64,000 nucleotides of DNA from Oscillospiraceae bacterium (GTDB lineage Bacteria; Bacillota; Clostridia; Oscillospirales; Oscillospiraceae), in contig JAFVWL010000043.1 of NCBI GenBank assembly GCA_017501695.1, positions 3,592 to 67,591 on the forward strand. Reading direction: 5' to 3'. The notes beneath the pieces were generated by a model that made no database searches, was not told the origin of the DNA, and worked only from the letters and a program-made list of their open reading frames with translations. Position numbers and translations under genes: made by a program. Positions 1-9,435 of this stretch are shown piece by piece. How positions within the stretch are numbered: position 1 is the stretch's first letter; the number at the start of each line of letters is the position of its first letter.

Positions 1-337
1 TGCGGGTACCGCCGCCGAAAATGTCACCGAAAATGTCGCCCAGATCGCCAAAATCCGTGAAGCCGCCGTAACCGCCGTAGCCGCCACCGCCGGCCCCGAA
101 ATTGGGATCCACGCCGGCGTGGCCGTACTGGTCATACCGGGAACGCTTCTGTTCATCGGACAGGACCTCATAGGCCTCGCCTACCTCCTTGAACTTTTCC
201 TCGGCGTTCTTGTCGCCGGGGTTCCGGTCCGGATGGTATTTCATGGCGGCCTTGCGGTAGGCCCGCTTTATTTCATCGGCACTGGCGCCTTTTTCAACGC
301 CCAGCACCTCGTAATAATCTCGTTTTGTTTCTGCCAT
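1..337 (-). CDS. dnaJ: Chaperone DnaJ (5' part; truncated by window edge)
   Basis: Minus-strand translation from ATG at 337: [14 protein letters not shown]...KYHPDRNPG (J-domain HPD motif), then a Gly/Phe-rich region; lies downstream of dnaK. Confidence 0.97.
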   Translation of the reverse strand, partial: MAETKRDYYEVLGVEKGASADEIKRAYRKAAMKYHPDRNPGDKNAEEKFKEVGEAYEVLSDEQKRSRYDQYGHAGVDPNFGAGGGGYGGYGGFTDFGDLGDIFGDIFGGGTR

Positions 338-355
338 TTTCTTCACCTCAATTAT

Positions 356-891
356 TGCGCCAAAGGCGCTGACCCTTCCCCCGGGGGGAAGGTGGCCCGA
401 AGGGCCGGAAGAGGAATGCGGGCGAAAACCTTACAGTTTCAGAACCGTCCGTTCCTTTACAGTCATATCGATCATCTCACAAACACTTCGAAATTCTCGC
501 ATGACATCTAAATTTGTAAACCGCAATACCTTAAGCCCCTGTTGCTCCAGATAGGCCGTGCGTATTTTGTCTTTATGTGCTTCCTCGGGGATATAGTGCT
601 GAGATCCGTCCAGTTCTACCACCAATTTCGCCAGGTGGCAATAAAAATCTACGATATAGTTTCCAATTACATATTGTCTACGGAAACGATGGGGATATCG
701 GCACAGAAACTGATACCACAGATGCGCTTCTTCTTTTGTAAGATTCTTCCGTAGTCTCTGGGCATTTTTTCTTAGCTTTTGATTCTGTTCCATAACTGTT
801 TCCGCGCTCACAATCGGTAGATTTCGCCGTTCCTCTTCCGCCCCCTTCGGGGGCACCTTCCCCCCGGGGGAAGGGTTGCGCCTTTGGCGCA
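356..891. mobile_element. Putative REP/MITE-like unit: DUF559 gene between ~60-bp imperfect inverted repeats (356-416 and 830-891)
   Basis: Left arm tgcgccaaaggcgctgacccttcccccggggggaaggtggcccgaagggccggaagaggaa closely matches the reverse complement of 830-891; interior is visibly more AT-rich than dnaK/dnaJ. Confidence 0.7.
431..793 (-). CDS. DUF559 / Vsr-like endonuclease domain protein
   Basis: MEQNQKLRKNAQRLRKNLTKEEAHLW...FRRQYVIGNYIVDFYC...LVVELDGSQH...D..RTAYLEQQGLKVLRF.N, the typical DUF559 pattern; start moved to 793 because the longer ORF runs through the repeat. Confidence 0.9.
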   Translation of the reverse strand: MEQNQKLRKNAQRLRKNLTKEEAHLWYQFLCRYPHRFRRQYVIGNYIVDFYCHLAKLVVELDGSQHYIPEEAHKDKIRTAYLEQQGLKVLRFTNLDVMREFRSVCEMIDMTVKERTVLKL

Positions 892-902
892 TATACACCA
901 AT

Positions 903-926
903 AAGGGGCGGCGTATGCCGCCCCTT
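903..926 (-). terminator. Hairpin/terminator downstream of dnaK
   Basis: aaggggcggc-gtat-gccgcccctt perfect stem with A/T flanks. Confidence 0.7.
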
Positions 927-938
927 TTATGGGGTCAA

Positions 939-2750
939 TTAGTCGACAGTCTCATAGTCAGCATCCACCACGCCGTCATCGGGAGGGGTGGGGCCGCCCT
1001 GGGCGCCGCCCTGAGGATTGGCCTGCTGATACAGCTTTTCGCTGATCTTGTAGAACACCTGCTGCAGCTCCTCGGTGGCAGCCTTGATGGCGGCCACATC
1101 GGTACCCTTGTTCAGCTCCTTGAGCTTATCGGCGGCAGCCTGGACGGAGGCCTTCTCATCGGGGGAGATCTTACCCTCCAGATCCTTCAGAGCCTTCTCG
1201 GTCTGGTAGACCAGGTGCTCGGCGTTGTTGTGGGTATCCACTTCCTCCTTGCGAGCCTTGTCCTCGGCAGCGAACTGCTCTGCCTCGCGGACAGCCTTGT
1301 CGATATCTTCCTTGCTCAGGTTGGTGGAAGCGGTGATGGAGATGTTGGCCTCCTTGCCGGTGCCCAGGTCCTTGGCAGAGACCTTCACGATGCCGGTGGC
1401 GTCGATGTCGAAGGTAACCTCGATCTGAGGCACGCCCCGGGGCGCGGGGGCGATGCCGCCAAGCTGGAAGCGGCCCAGGGTCTTGTTGTAGGCAGCCATC
1501 TCACGCTCGCCCTGGAGCACATGGACCTCAACGGAGGTCTGGCCGTCGGCGGCAGTGGAGAAGATCTGGCTCTTGCGGGTGGGGATGGTGGTGTTGCGGT
1601 CGATCAGCCGGGTGAACACGCCGCCCATGGTCTCAATGCCCAGGGACAGGGGGGTCACGTCCAGCAGGACCACATCCTTCACGTCACCGGTGAGGACACC
1701 GCCCTGAATGGCGGCACCCAGGGCCACGCACTCGTCGGGGTTGATACCCTTGAAGCCTTCCTTGCCGGTAATGGTCTTGACGGCTTCCTGGACCGCGGGG
1801 ATCCGGGTGGAGCCGCCCACCAGCAGGACCTTGTCCAGGTCGCTGGCCTTCAGGCCCGCGTCTGCCATAGCCTGACGGACGGGCTTCATGGTGCGCTCCA
1901 CCAGGTCGGCGGTCAGCTCATTGAACTTGGCCCGGGACAGGTCCACGTTCATGTGCTTGGGGCCTTTGATGTCGTAGCTGATATAGGGCAGGTTGATGTT
2001 GGTGGAAGTCATGCCGGACAGCTCGATCTTGGCCTTCTCGGCGGCTTCCTTCAGACGCTGCATGGAGTCGAACTCCTTGGTCAGGTCCTTGCCCTCGGTC
2101 TTCTTGAACTCGGCCACCAGGAAATCGATGATCCGCTGGTCGAAGTCGTCGCCGCCCAGGTGGGTATCACCGGCGGTAGCCAGGACCTCCACGATGCCGT
2201 CGCCGATCTCCAGGATGGACACGTCGAAGGTACCGCCGCCCTGGTCGTAGACCATGATCTTCTGGTCCTGCTCCTTGTCCAGGCCGTAGGCCAGAGCCGC
2301 AGCGGTGGGCTCGTTGATGATACGCTTGACCTCCAGGCCGGCGATCTTGCCGGCGTCCTTGGTAGCCTGACGCTGGGAATCAGAGAAGTAAGCGGGAACG
2401 GTGATGACAGCCTCGGTAACACTCTGGCCCAGGTAGGCCTCGGCATCGGCCTTCAGCTTCTGCAGGATCATGGCGCTGATCTCCTGGGGGGTGTAGTTCT
2501 TGCCGTCGATGTTCACATGGTAATTCTCACCCATGTGACGCTTGATGGAAGAGATGGTGCGGTTGGCATTGGCAGCGGCGCCGCGCTTGGCGGACTGGCC
2601 CACCATACGCTCGCCGGTCTTGGAGAAGGCCACCACAGAGGGGGTGGTACGGCCGCCTTCGGCGTTGGCGATGACGACAGGCTCGCCGCCTTCCAGAACG
2701 GCGACACAAGAGTTGGTAGTACCCAGATCGATACCGATAATCTTAGACAT
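939..2750 (-). CDS. dnaK: Chaperone DnaK (Hsp70)
   Basis: [47 protein letters not shown] motifs. Confidence 0.99.
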   Translation of the reverse strand: MSKIIGIDLGTTNSCVAVLEGGEPVVIANAEGGRTTPSVVAFSKTGERMVGQSAKRGAAANANRTISSIKRHMGENYHVNIDGKNYTPQEISAMILQKLKADAEAYLGQSVTEAVITVPAYFSDSQRQATKDAGKIAGLEVKRIINEPTAAALAYGLDKEQDQKIMVYDQGGGTFDVSILEIGDGIVEVLATAGDTHLGGDDFDQRIIDFLVAEFKKTEGKDLTKEFDSMQRLKEAAEKAKIELSGMTSTNINLPYISYDIKGPKHMNVDLSRAKFNELTADLVERTMKPVRQAMADAGLKASDLDKVLLVGGSTRIPAVQEAVKTITGKEGFKGINPDECVALGAAIQGGVLTGDVKDVVLLDVTPLSLGIETMGGVFTRLIDRNTTIPTRKSQIFSTAADGQTSVEVHVLQGEREMAAYNKTLGRFQLGGIAPAPRGVPQIEVTFDIDATGIVKVSAKDLGTGKEANISITASTNLSKEDIDKAVREAEQFAAEDKARKEEVDTHNNAEHLVYQTEKALKDLEGKISPDEKASVQAAADKLKELNKGTDVAAIKAATEELQQVFYKISEKLYQQANPQGGAQGGPTPPDDGVVDADYETVD

Positions 2751-2804
2751 AAATAATTACCTCCATATATATTAACTAAAGTGTTTACAATAATTATAGC
2801 TTCA

Positions 2805-2965
2805 CGTCATCGCGAACCAGTCCGCAGACTGGTGTGGCGATCCCGTGGACTTTCCGGAAACCTTACGAGATTGCCACACCAGTGTCAAGCCCCGCAGGGC
2901 TGTGCAAGCGGGCAACCGCCGCAGGCGGCTCTTAGCGAGTCGCAGAGCACTGGCTCGCAATGACG
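2805..2965. repeat. REP-like palindromic intergenic repeat (GTCAT.GCGA...TCGC.ATGAC family), copy 1, with ~55-bp internal extra module
   Basis: Ends cgtcatcgcga / tcgcaatgacg; aligns with the reverse complement of 23756-23859 apart from an inserted hairpin-rich block. Confidence 0.8.
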
Positions 2966-2978
2966 TTTTAGATTTCCT

Positions 2979-3488
2979 TCAGTTCGCAACTTGGACCATG
3001 GCGAAACGGACTACTTTATCGCCGATCTTAAAGCCCTTCTGGAAGACCTGAGAGATCACATTCTCCCCCAGCTCCTCGTTTTCGATGTGCATGACCGCGT
3101 TGTGCAGATCGGGGTTGAATTCCTCGCCCACGCTGCCGAAGATCTCCACGCCCAGAGAGGTGAAGATCTTGACCAGCTCATTCATGGTCAGCTCCACGCC
3201 CTTTTTGTAGGCGGCATCGGTGGTTTCCTGGTTCAGGGCCCGTTCCAGATTGTCGTATACGGGCAGGATCTTCGCCACAGCATCGGCCTTGCCGTTGCCG
3301 TAGGAGGCTTCCTTTTCTTTGATGGTGCGCTTGCGGAAATTGTCAAACTCCGCGGCGATCCGCAGGTGCGCGTCCCGCTCGGCATTGTATTTTTCCTCCC
3401 AGGGGTTGACCTCAACGGTTTCCTCCGCCGGAGTCTCCGGGGTTTCCTCCACGGGAGTTTCCTTCATATCCTTCTCGCTTTCTGCCAT
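2979..3488 (-). CDS. grpE: Nucleotide exchange factor GrpE
   Basis: AEFDNFRKR, LPVYDNLERAL, FNPDLHNAV, QKGFKIGDKVVRFAMVQV. Confidence 0.98.
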   Translation of the reverse strand: MAESEKDMKETPVEETPETPAEETVEVNPWEEKYNAERDAHLRIAAEFDNFRKRTIKEKEASYGNGKADAVAKILPVYDNLERALNQETTDAAYKKGVELTMNELVKIFTSLGVEIFGSVGEEFNPDLHNAVMHIENEELGENVISQVFQKGFKIGDKVVRFAMVQVAN

Positions 3489-3509
3489 GTTGGTTCCTCC
3501 TGGAATCGT

Positions 3510-4574
3510 TTATTGTTTTTCTTCTGTCGCTTCCGGCAGCTTTGCCTGTTCCGGCTTGGCGAAAAGCTTGCTCAGGCTTTCCGCGAAGTAGCTCAGGCGG
3601 GCGGTGACCTTGGCGTAATCCATGCGGGTGGGACCCACCACGCCGATCATGCCCTGAAGTCCGTCGCCAATGTCGAATTTGGTCATAACCACGGAGCTGT
3701 CCTTCAGTTCCTGAGCCACATTTTCCGGGCCCACCAGAACCTTGGTGCCGTTTTCATTCATCATCACTGCGGGCAGACCGGACAGGGAGTCCTCATCCAG
3801 GGAGGTCATCACCGTCATGGCCTTATCCACATCCCGGTACTCCGGCAGACCCAACAGCCGCTGCTGACCGGTGACCACCATATTGGTGGAGCCGTGATGG
3901 CGGAGGGTATCGTTGGTGAATTCCACGATAACGGGCACCAGCGACGCGGAAGTCCCGGCGGAAGTCATAATCTTATCCAACAGCTCCGGGGTGATATCGT
4001 CGGGAGTCAGTCCCGTCAGCGTGGCGTTGCACACGGCAGCCAGAAGCTTCAGGTCCGTTTCCGTGATGTTCAGCGGCAGCTTGATGAGCTTGTTGACCAC
4101 CTCGTCGGTGCTCAGCAGCAGCACCAGAATGAAGCTGCCCTGGCCCGCCAGGATCAGGTCAAACCGCTTGACCGTGGCACCGCCGGCACGGGACGCGGCG
4201 GAAATGGCGGGAAGGTTGGTGGCCTGTGATACCAGCTTTGCCACCTTTTCCACCATTTTATCCACCCGGGCCATTTTTTCCTCGATGGCGGAGTTGATGG
4301 AGCGGGTCTCGTCCATGCTCAGCCGGTAATCGGCCATGAGCTCATCCACATACAGCCGATAGCCCGCGGCGGAGGGGATCCGTCCGGCGCTGGTATGGGG
4401 CTGTTCCAGATAGCCCATGGCGGTCAGATCCGCCATTTCGTTACGGATGGTAGCGGAGGAAAAATTCATGTCCGGCAGCTCGGCGATGGCCTTGGAGCCA
4501 ACCGGTTCCGCGGTGCGGATGTACAGATCCACCACGCCGCGCAGGACCTTCTTCTTCCGTTCGGTCAGTTCCAT
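3510..4574 (-). CDS. hrcA: Heat-inducible transcription repressor HrcA
   Basis: MELTERKKKVL...EPVGSK...SSATIRNEMADL...GYLEQPHTSAGRIPS...GVVGPTRMDY; AAAGGAGG RBS before ATG 4574. Confidence 0.98.
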   Translation of the reverse strand: MELTERKKKVLRGVVDLYIRTAEPVGSKAIAELPDMNFSSATIRNEMADLTAMGYLEQPHTSAGRIPSAAGYRLYVDELMADYRLSMDETRSINSAIEEKMARVDKMVEKVAKLVSQATNLPAISAASRAGGATVKRFDLILAGQGSFILVLLLSTDEVVNKLIKLPLNITETDLKLLAAVCNATLTGLTPDDITPELLDKIMTSAGTSASLVPVIVEFTNDTLRHHGSTNMVVTGQQRLLGLPEYRDVDKAMTVMTSLDEDSLSGLPAVMMNENGTKVLVGPENVAQELKDSSVVMTKFDIGDGLQGMIGVVGPTRMDYAKVTARLSYFAESLSKLFAKPEQAKLPEATEEKQ

Positions 4575-4594
4575 GAATGTTCCTCCTTTTCGTT

Positions 4595-4645
4595 TTAGCA
4601 CTCAACGTCCCTGAGTGCTAAGCACACTATACCAGAGAGTGCTAA
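4595..4645. promoter_or_regulatory. Tandem CIRCE operators (perfect 4595-4621; imperfect 4619-4645)
   Basis: TTAGCACTC-N9-GAGTGCTAA exact at 4595-4621; TAAGCACAC-N9-GAGTGCTAA at 4619-4645. Confidence 0.95.
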
Positions 4646-4654
4646 AAAAGTCAA
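4626..4654 (-). promoter_or_regulatory. SigA-type promoter of the hrcA operon
   Basis: TTGACT (4654-4649), 17 bp, TG-n-TATAGT (4631-4626) on the minus strand. Confidence 0.85.
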
Positions 4655-4688
4655 GAGCCGTAATTATAAATTATTTTTGAACGACAAA

Positions 4689-4714
4689 GGCCCCGCTTCC
4701 GGAGAAGCGGGGCC
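4689..4714 (-). terminator. Rho-independent terminator after ptsI
   Basis: ggccccgcttc-cgga-gaagcggggcc followed by a T-rich tract on the minus strand. Confidence 0.75.
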
Positions 4715-4728
4715 GCTGATTATTGGAA

Positions 4729-6411
4729 TCAGAACTTGGGGGACTCGTCGGAGTCAATGGAGGCCAGAATGGCGGGGCTGGTCTCGGTGGTATCGATGCT
4801 GCGGATCTTGTTGCGCAGAGGCAGGACAGCTCTGGGGCTGACGGACAGCTCATCCACGCCGATGGCCAGGAAGGTCTCGGTCATTTCCAGGTCCGCGCCC
4901 AGCTCGCCGCAGATACCGACCCAGACGCCGTTCTTGTGGGCGTTCTCCACCACCATCTTCAGCAGACGGACCACGGACAGGTGATGGGGATCGTAGAACC
5001 GGCCCAGGTCATTGTTCTGGCGGTCGCAGGCCAGGGTGTACTGGGTCAGGTCATTGGTGCCGCAGGAGAAGAAGTCCACTTCCTTGGCCAGGCGGTCGGA
5101 CAGCACAGCGGCGGCGGGAGTCTCGATCATAATACCGATCTCCACATGGTCGCTGTAGGGGATGCCCTCTTCCCGCAGGTCGTGCTTCACATCCTCGATG
5201 AGGCGCTTGACTTCCCGGACCTCCCACACGCTGGTAACCATGGGGAACATGATACCCAGGTTGCCGTAGGCGGAAGCACGGTACAGAGCCCGAAGCTGAG
5301 TCCGGAAGAAGCCGGGACGGCTCAGGCTGATGCGCAGAGCCCGCATGCCCATGGCAGGATTCTCTTCCTTGGGCAGCTCGAAGTAGTCGATCTGCTTGTC
5401 GGCACCGATGTCGCAGGTACGGATGATGACTTCCTTGCCGTTCATCTGGGTCAGAACGGACTTGTAAGCCTCAAACTGCTCATCCTCGGTGGGATAGGTG
5501 CTGGAGTTCAGGTACAGGAACTCGGAGCGGAACAGGCCGATGCCGCCGCCGTCGTTGACCTGAACGGCATGGACATCCTCGGGAGAGCCGATGTTGCAGT
5601 AGACCCGGATGGTCTTGCCGTCCTTGGTGATGTTCTCCTCACCCTTAAGCTGCTCCAGCAGAGCCCGCTGACGGAGCTGCTCCTCCCGCTTGCTGACGAA
5701 GTCGGCAAAAATCTCATCGGTGGGCTCGATGATGACGGTGCCGGTGCTGCCGTCCACCACCACCAGGCGGCCTTCATAAATGGGATCCAGAGCGTCGCCC
5801 AGGCCAACAATGGCGGGGATGCCCATGGTCCGGGCCAGGATGGCGGTATGGCTGGAGCCGGAGCCGTAAGAGGTGATGAAGCCCAGGATCTTGGACTTAT
5901 CAAGCTGGATGGTCTCGGAGGGAGCCAGGTCATCGGCTGCCAGCAGCACGGGGACCTCGGAATTGATGCCGCCCTGAACCACACCCATGAGGATGTTCAG
6001 GATCCGCTGGCTCACGTCCTTCACGTCCGCGGCACGGCCCTGCATATATGCGTCGTCCATGGAAGCGAACATCTCCGCGAACTGGGCGGCGGTGTCGGCC
6101 ACGGCGGACTCGGCGTTGCGGGCTTCTTCCTGGATCAGCGCCTGGATGGCTTCCTCATAGTCCAGGTCCTCCGCCATCATCTGATGGGTCTCGAAGAGCA
6201 TGGCGGCCTCGTCGCCAGCCTCTTCACGGGCCTTGTCAGCCAGGACGCCCAACTGCTCAATGGCAGTGGTCTGGGCATCCTTAAACCGCTGCCATTCGGC
6301 CTCGGTATCGGTTACGGTATAGGTTTTGATTTCGGCCTTGGTCCGACGGTAGAAATACAGGGGGCCCATGCCGATGCCGGTGGAAACGCCTTTACCCTGA
6401 ATCGTAATCAT
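4729..6411 (-). CDS. ptsI: PTS enzyme I (PEP-protein phosphotransferase)
   Basis: SHTAILAR (active His), GIGLFRSEFLY, EENPAMGMRALR, MIETPAA, GTNDLTQY, GICGELG. Confidence 0.98.
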   Translation of the reverse strand: MITIQGKGVSTGIGMGPLYFYRRTKAEIKTYTVTDTEAEWQRFKDAQTTAIEQLGVLADKAREEAGDEAAMLFETHQMMAEDLDYEEAIQALIQEEARNAESAVADTAAQFAEMFASMDDAYMQGRAADVKDVSQRILNILMGVVQGGINSEVPVLLAADDLAPSETIQLDKSKILGFITSYGSGSSHTAILARTMGIPAIVGLGDALDPIYEGRLVVVDGSTGTVIIEPTDEIFADFVSKREEQLRQRALLEQLKGEENITKDGKTIRVYCNIGSPEDVHAVQVNDGGGIGLFRSEFLYLNSSTYPTEDEQFEAYKSVLTQMNGKEVIIRTCDIGADKQIDYFELPKEENPAMGMRALRISLSRPGFFRTQLRALYRASAYGNLGIMFPMVTSVWEVREVKRLIEDVKHDLREEGIPYSDHVEIGIMIETPAAAVLSDRLAKEVDFFSCGTNDLTQYTLACDRQNNDLGRFYDPHHLSVVRLLKMVVENAHKNGVWVGICGELGADLEMTETFLAIGVDELSVSPRAVLPLRNKIRSIDTTETSPAILASIDSDESPKF

Positions 6412-6440
6412 GTAAGTTCTCCTCTAGCAGTAAGTACGGC

Positions 6441-6698
6441 TTACAGGTTGGCCTCGAAGAAAGCCTTGATGCCCTCAAAAGCGGTATCCTCGTCCTCGCC
6501 CTCCACGGTAACGGTGACGGTCTCGCCGCACTTGACGCCCAGGCCCATCAGAGCCATCAGGCGCAGGATGTTAGCGCTCTTGCCGTTCTTGATGACGGTG
6601 ATGGCGCTCTTGTACTTCTTGCCCTCGCGGCTCAGCATGCCGGCGGGACGGGCGTGGATACCGGTGGGATCCTTAATGGTGTATTCGAAAGACTTCAT
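6441..6698 (-). CDS. ptsH: Phosphocarrier protein HPr
   Basis: GIHARPA (His15) motif, 85 aa, directly upstream of ptsI. Confidence 0.95.
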   Translation of the reverse strand: MKSFEYTIKDPTGIHARPAGMLSREGKKYKSAITVIKNGKSANILRLMALMGLGVKCGETVTVTVEGEDEDTAFEGIKAFFEANL

Positions 6699-6935
6699 GG
6701 TGCATTTCTCCTCTTCTTTTATTCACGGCTTATGCCGCATTTTTACTCTTACACTATACCCTACGACGGAACCAAAGTCAACAACGGCCACATTATTTGT
6801 TGGATTTGCACAATTTTTAGGGTCAAGAAATAGGCGCATCCACCGATTCCCGGAGTCTTCTCCCCTCTTGCGAAAGCGGTCTTTTTCCGCTATAATGATA
6901 AAAAAGCCCTTATTTCCCGGAAAGGACATATCCAT

Positions 6936-7712
6936 ATGATCAAGGCCGCGTTTTTCGACCTGGACGGAACCCTGTTCTCTCACCGTACCAACACCATCGC
7001 TCCCTCCGCCCGGCAGGCACTGGAGGCGCTGCGGCGCCGGGGAATTCTGGTATTCCTGGCCACCGGACGGCATCGGTCCATTCTGGAAGGACTGCCCCAG
7101 CTCCGGGACGTCCACTACGATGGAGCCGTAACACTTAACGGCAGCTACTGTTACAGCCGGGATGCGCTCATTTACCACAACCCCATCTGCCCCGGGGACA
7201 TCGCCAGTCTCCTGGACCAGCTTCAGCAGCAGCCAATGCCCTGCGGCTTTATTGAGGCAGACCGGGCTTATATCAATTACCACAATGACCGGGTCCAGCA
7301 AGTCCATGACGCCATCCACACGCCCCTGCTGCCCATCGGGAACCTGGACCGGGGTTATACCCACCCCATATACCAGGTGCTGTTGTATCTGACGGAAACG
7401 GAGCGGGATTTCATCCCGCCAATGCCCCACTGCCGGTTTACCCGGTGGAACACCGGCGGCATTGACGTGATCCCCAGCTCCGGCGGAAAGGATATCGGCA
7501 TTCAAAAGGTACTGGCGCATTATGGCCTGTCCCGGGAGGAAACCATTGCCTTCGGCGACGGAGACAACGATATCGATATGTTCCGCGCGGTCCACATCGC
7601 CGTAGCCATGGGCAACAGCAATGACCGGGTCAAGGCCGCGGCGCACTATGTTACCGCAGATGTGGATGAAGACGGAATCTACACAGGACTGAAGCATTTC
7701 GGCCTGATTTGA
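6936..7712 (+). CDS. Cof-type HAD-IIB hydrolase
   Basis: FFDLDGTL, ATGR, AFGDGDNDIDMF, AMGN motifs. Confidence 0.95.
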   Translation: MIKAAFFDLDGTLFSHRTNTIAPSARQALEALRRRGILVFLATGRHRSILEGLPQLRDVHYDGAVTLNGSYCYSRDALIYHNPICPGDIASLLDQLQQQPMPCGFIEADRAYINYHNDRVQQVHDAIHTPLLPIGNLDRGYTHPIYQVLLYLTETERDFIPPMPHCRFTRWNTGGIDVIPSSGGKDIGIQKVLAHYGLSREETIAFGDGDNDIDMFRAVHIAVAMGNSNDRVKAAAHYVTADVDEDGIYTGLKHFGLI

Positions 7713-7729
7713 CAAAAGGAGGATTTTCC

Positions 7730-8695
7730 ATGCTGTTTGAAAAGCAGATCGAAGAAATCTACCGGAGCAACCTGTTTGTCCGCAACGACAACGCCGGGGG
7801 TATTTTCTATTTCACCCCGGAGGATTTCCCCGGACTTCTGGTCCATCCTTACGCTTTTCCCGCGAAACAGGGTCATACCCTCCAGGGCTGGTTTTATCAT
7901 TATGATAACCCGATCCCCGGCAGACTTCTGGTCTTCGACCACGGTCTGGGCAACGGCCACCGGGCCTATATGCGGGAGATCGAACTGCTGGCAAAATCCG
8001 GATATCTGGTCTTTGCTTATGACCACACGGGCTGTATGGAATCCGGCGGTGAATCCACCAACGGCTTCGCCCAGTCCCTCTGCGATCTGGATGCCTGCAT
8101 CACCGCCCTGAAGCAGGTGCCGGAGCTGGAAGGCCGGACCATCAGCGTCATGGGCCATAGCTGGGGCGGTTTCTCCACCATGAATATTGCCGCCCTCCAT
8201 CCGGATATTACCCATGTAATCTCCATGTCCGGCTTTGTCAGTGTGGAGCTGATCATGGAGCAGACCATCTCCGGCATTCTGGCTCCCTACCGAAAGGCCC
8301 TTCTGGCCCTGGAACGGCGGAGCAACCCGGACTACGTAGACTTTGACGCCCGGGAAAGTCTGAAGGATACCCAGGCCAAGGTACTGCTGATCTATTCCTC
8401 CAACGACCGCACCGTCAGCAAGAACGTCCATTACGATGCTTTGCAGAAAGCCCTGTCCGGCAAGCCCAACATTCGGTTCCTGCTGGTCCACGGCAAGGAC
8501 CACTCCCCCAATTACACTGCCGACGCGGTGGCCTACAAGAACAAGTTCTTTGAGGAGTTGACCAAGGCCCAGAAGAAAAAGCAGCTCCAGACCCCCGCCC
8601 AGCAAAAGCGGTTCATGGCAGGCTATGACTGGCACCGGATGACCGCCCAGGACAGCCGGGTGTGGACCATCATTCTGGATTATCTGAAGGCATAA
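7730..8695 (+). CDS. Alpha/beta-fold hydrolase
   Basis: HGLG oxyanion loop, GHSWGG nucleophile elbow, C-terminal DH; AAGGAGG RBS before ATG 7730. Confidence 0.9.
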   Translation: MLFEKQIEEIYRSNLFVRNDNAGGIFYFTPEDFPGLLVHPYAFPAKQGHTLQGWFYHYDNPIPGRLLVFDHGLGNGHRAYMREIELLAKSGYLVFAYDHTGCMESGGESTNGFAQSLCDLDACITALKQVPELEGRTISVMGHSWGGFSTMNIAALHPDITHVISMSGFVSVELIMEQTISGILAPYRKALLALERRSNPDYVDFDARESLKDTQAKVLLIYSSNDRTVSKNVHYDALQKALSGKPNIRFLLVHGKDHSPNYTADAVAYKNKFFEELTKAQKKKQLQTPAQQKRFMAGYDWHRMTAQDSRVWTIILDYLKA

Positions 8696-8698
8696 ATT

Positions 8699-8727
8699 TG
8701 ACGGCCACCGGGAATCCCGGTGGCCGT
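8699..8727. repeat. 29-bp hairpin direct repeat, copy A (terminator-like)
   Basis: tgacggccaccgggaatcccggtggccgt is identical to 9981-10009. Confidence 0.95.
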
Positions 8728-8801
8728 ATTATGTATGGAAAATACCCGGTTTTCTTCCCACAGGCCAAAAGTATCCTGCAAGAAAATTCATCGATTTTTC
8801 G

Positions 8802-9431
8802 TTATTCTCTTTTGTCGGTCTGATAGGTAAACAAATCGAATTGGGTCAGCCCCATTTCCCGCAGTTGGCCCAGGCTCTTCTGCCGGTCCGCTTCAGTATT
8901 AAACTCCCGAATCAGGGGCAAGCGAACCACGATTCGCTCCGGCCCTATCCGGCTTACCAGCTCCGCCAGATTCTGCACCACCTGTTGATTGTCCCGCCCC
9001 GTGTAGCGACGGTAGATTTCCGGGTTCAGGTCCTTGCAGTCCACATAGAACACATCCATAGCTTCCGCTGCTGCTTCCACATTTTTCCATGGTGCATTCA
9101 GGGAAGTCTCCGCACACAGATGCCACTGGGGCCCGCAGATTCTCCGAAATTCCAACAGAAATTCAGGATACAGCAGCGGCTCTCCCCCGCCGAAGGTAAC
9201 ACCGCCTCCGGTGGCCAGGAAATAGAGATTGTCAATGCGGACCTTCTCATAAAGCTGAGCCGGAGTCATCAGCGTCCGCCTGGTCTTCGGGTCAAAAGAA
9301 AAGGGATTGATGCACCACCTGCATCGCAGCGGACAGCCGTGGAAACATACGAGGGTAGTTATGCCCTGTCCATCCAACTGCATCCGCAGGCGGGAACAGG
9401 TAACCACAGGAGCCTGAACGTGATCGTCCAT
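8802..9431 (-). CDS. Radical SAM protein, PflA/glycyl-radical-activase-like
   Basis: DGQGITTLVCFHGCPLRCRWCINP (CxxxCxxC), GGGVTFGGGEP; GAGGA RBS before ATG 9431. Confidence 0.9.
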   Translation of the reverse strand: MDDHVQAPVVTCSRLRMQLDGQGITTLVCFHGCPLRCRWCINPFSFDPKTRRTLMTPAQLYEKVRIDNLYFLATGGGVTFGGGEPLLYPEFLLEFRRICGPQWHLCAETSLNAPWKNVEAAAEAMDVFYVDCKDLNPEIYRRYTGRDNQQVVQNLAELVSRIGPERIVVRLPLIREFNTEADRQKSLGQLREMGLTQFDLFTYQTDKRE

Positions 9432-9435
9432 AGGC

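Noticed and set aside
939-2750. DnaK deviations (YDQGGGTFD; [10 protein letters not shown])
   Set aside because: Isolated substitutions in an otherwise canonical Gram-positive-type DnaK in its normal operon; no sign of altered function.
2805-2965. Possible CRISPR array or ncRNA at the palindromic repeats
   Set aside because: No regularly spaced identical repeats with unique spacers, and no cas genes. The copies are dispersed REP-like elements.
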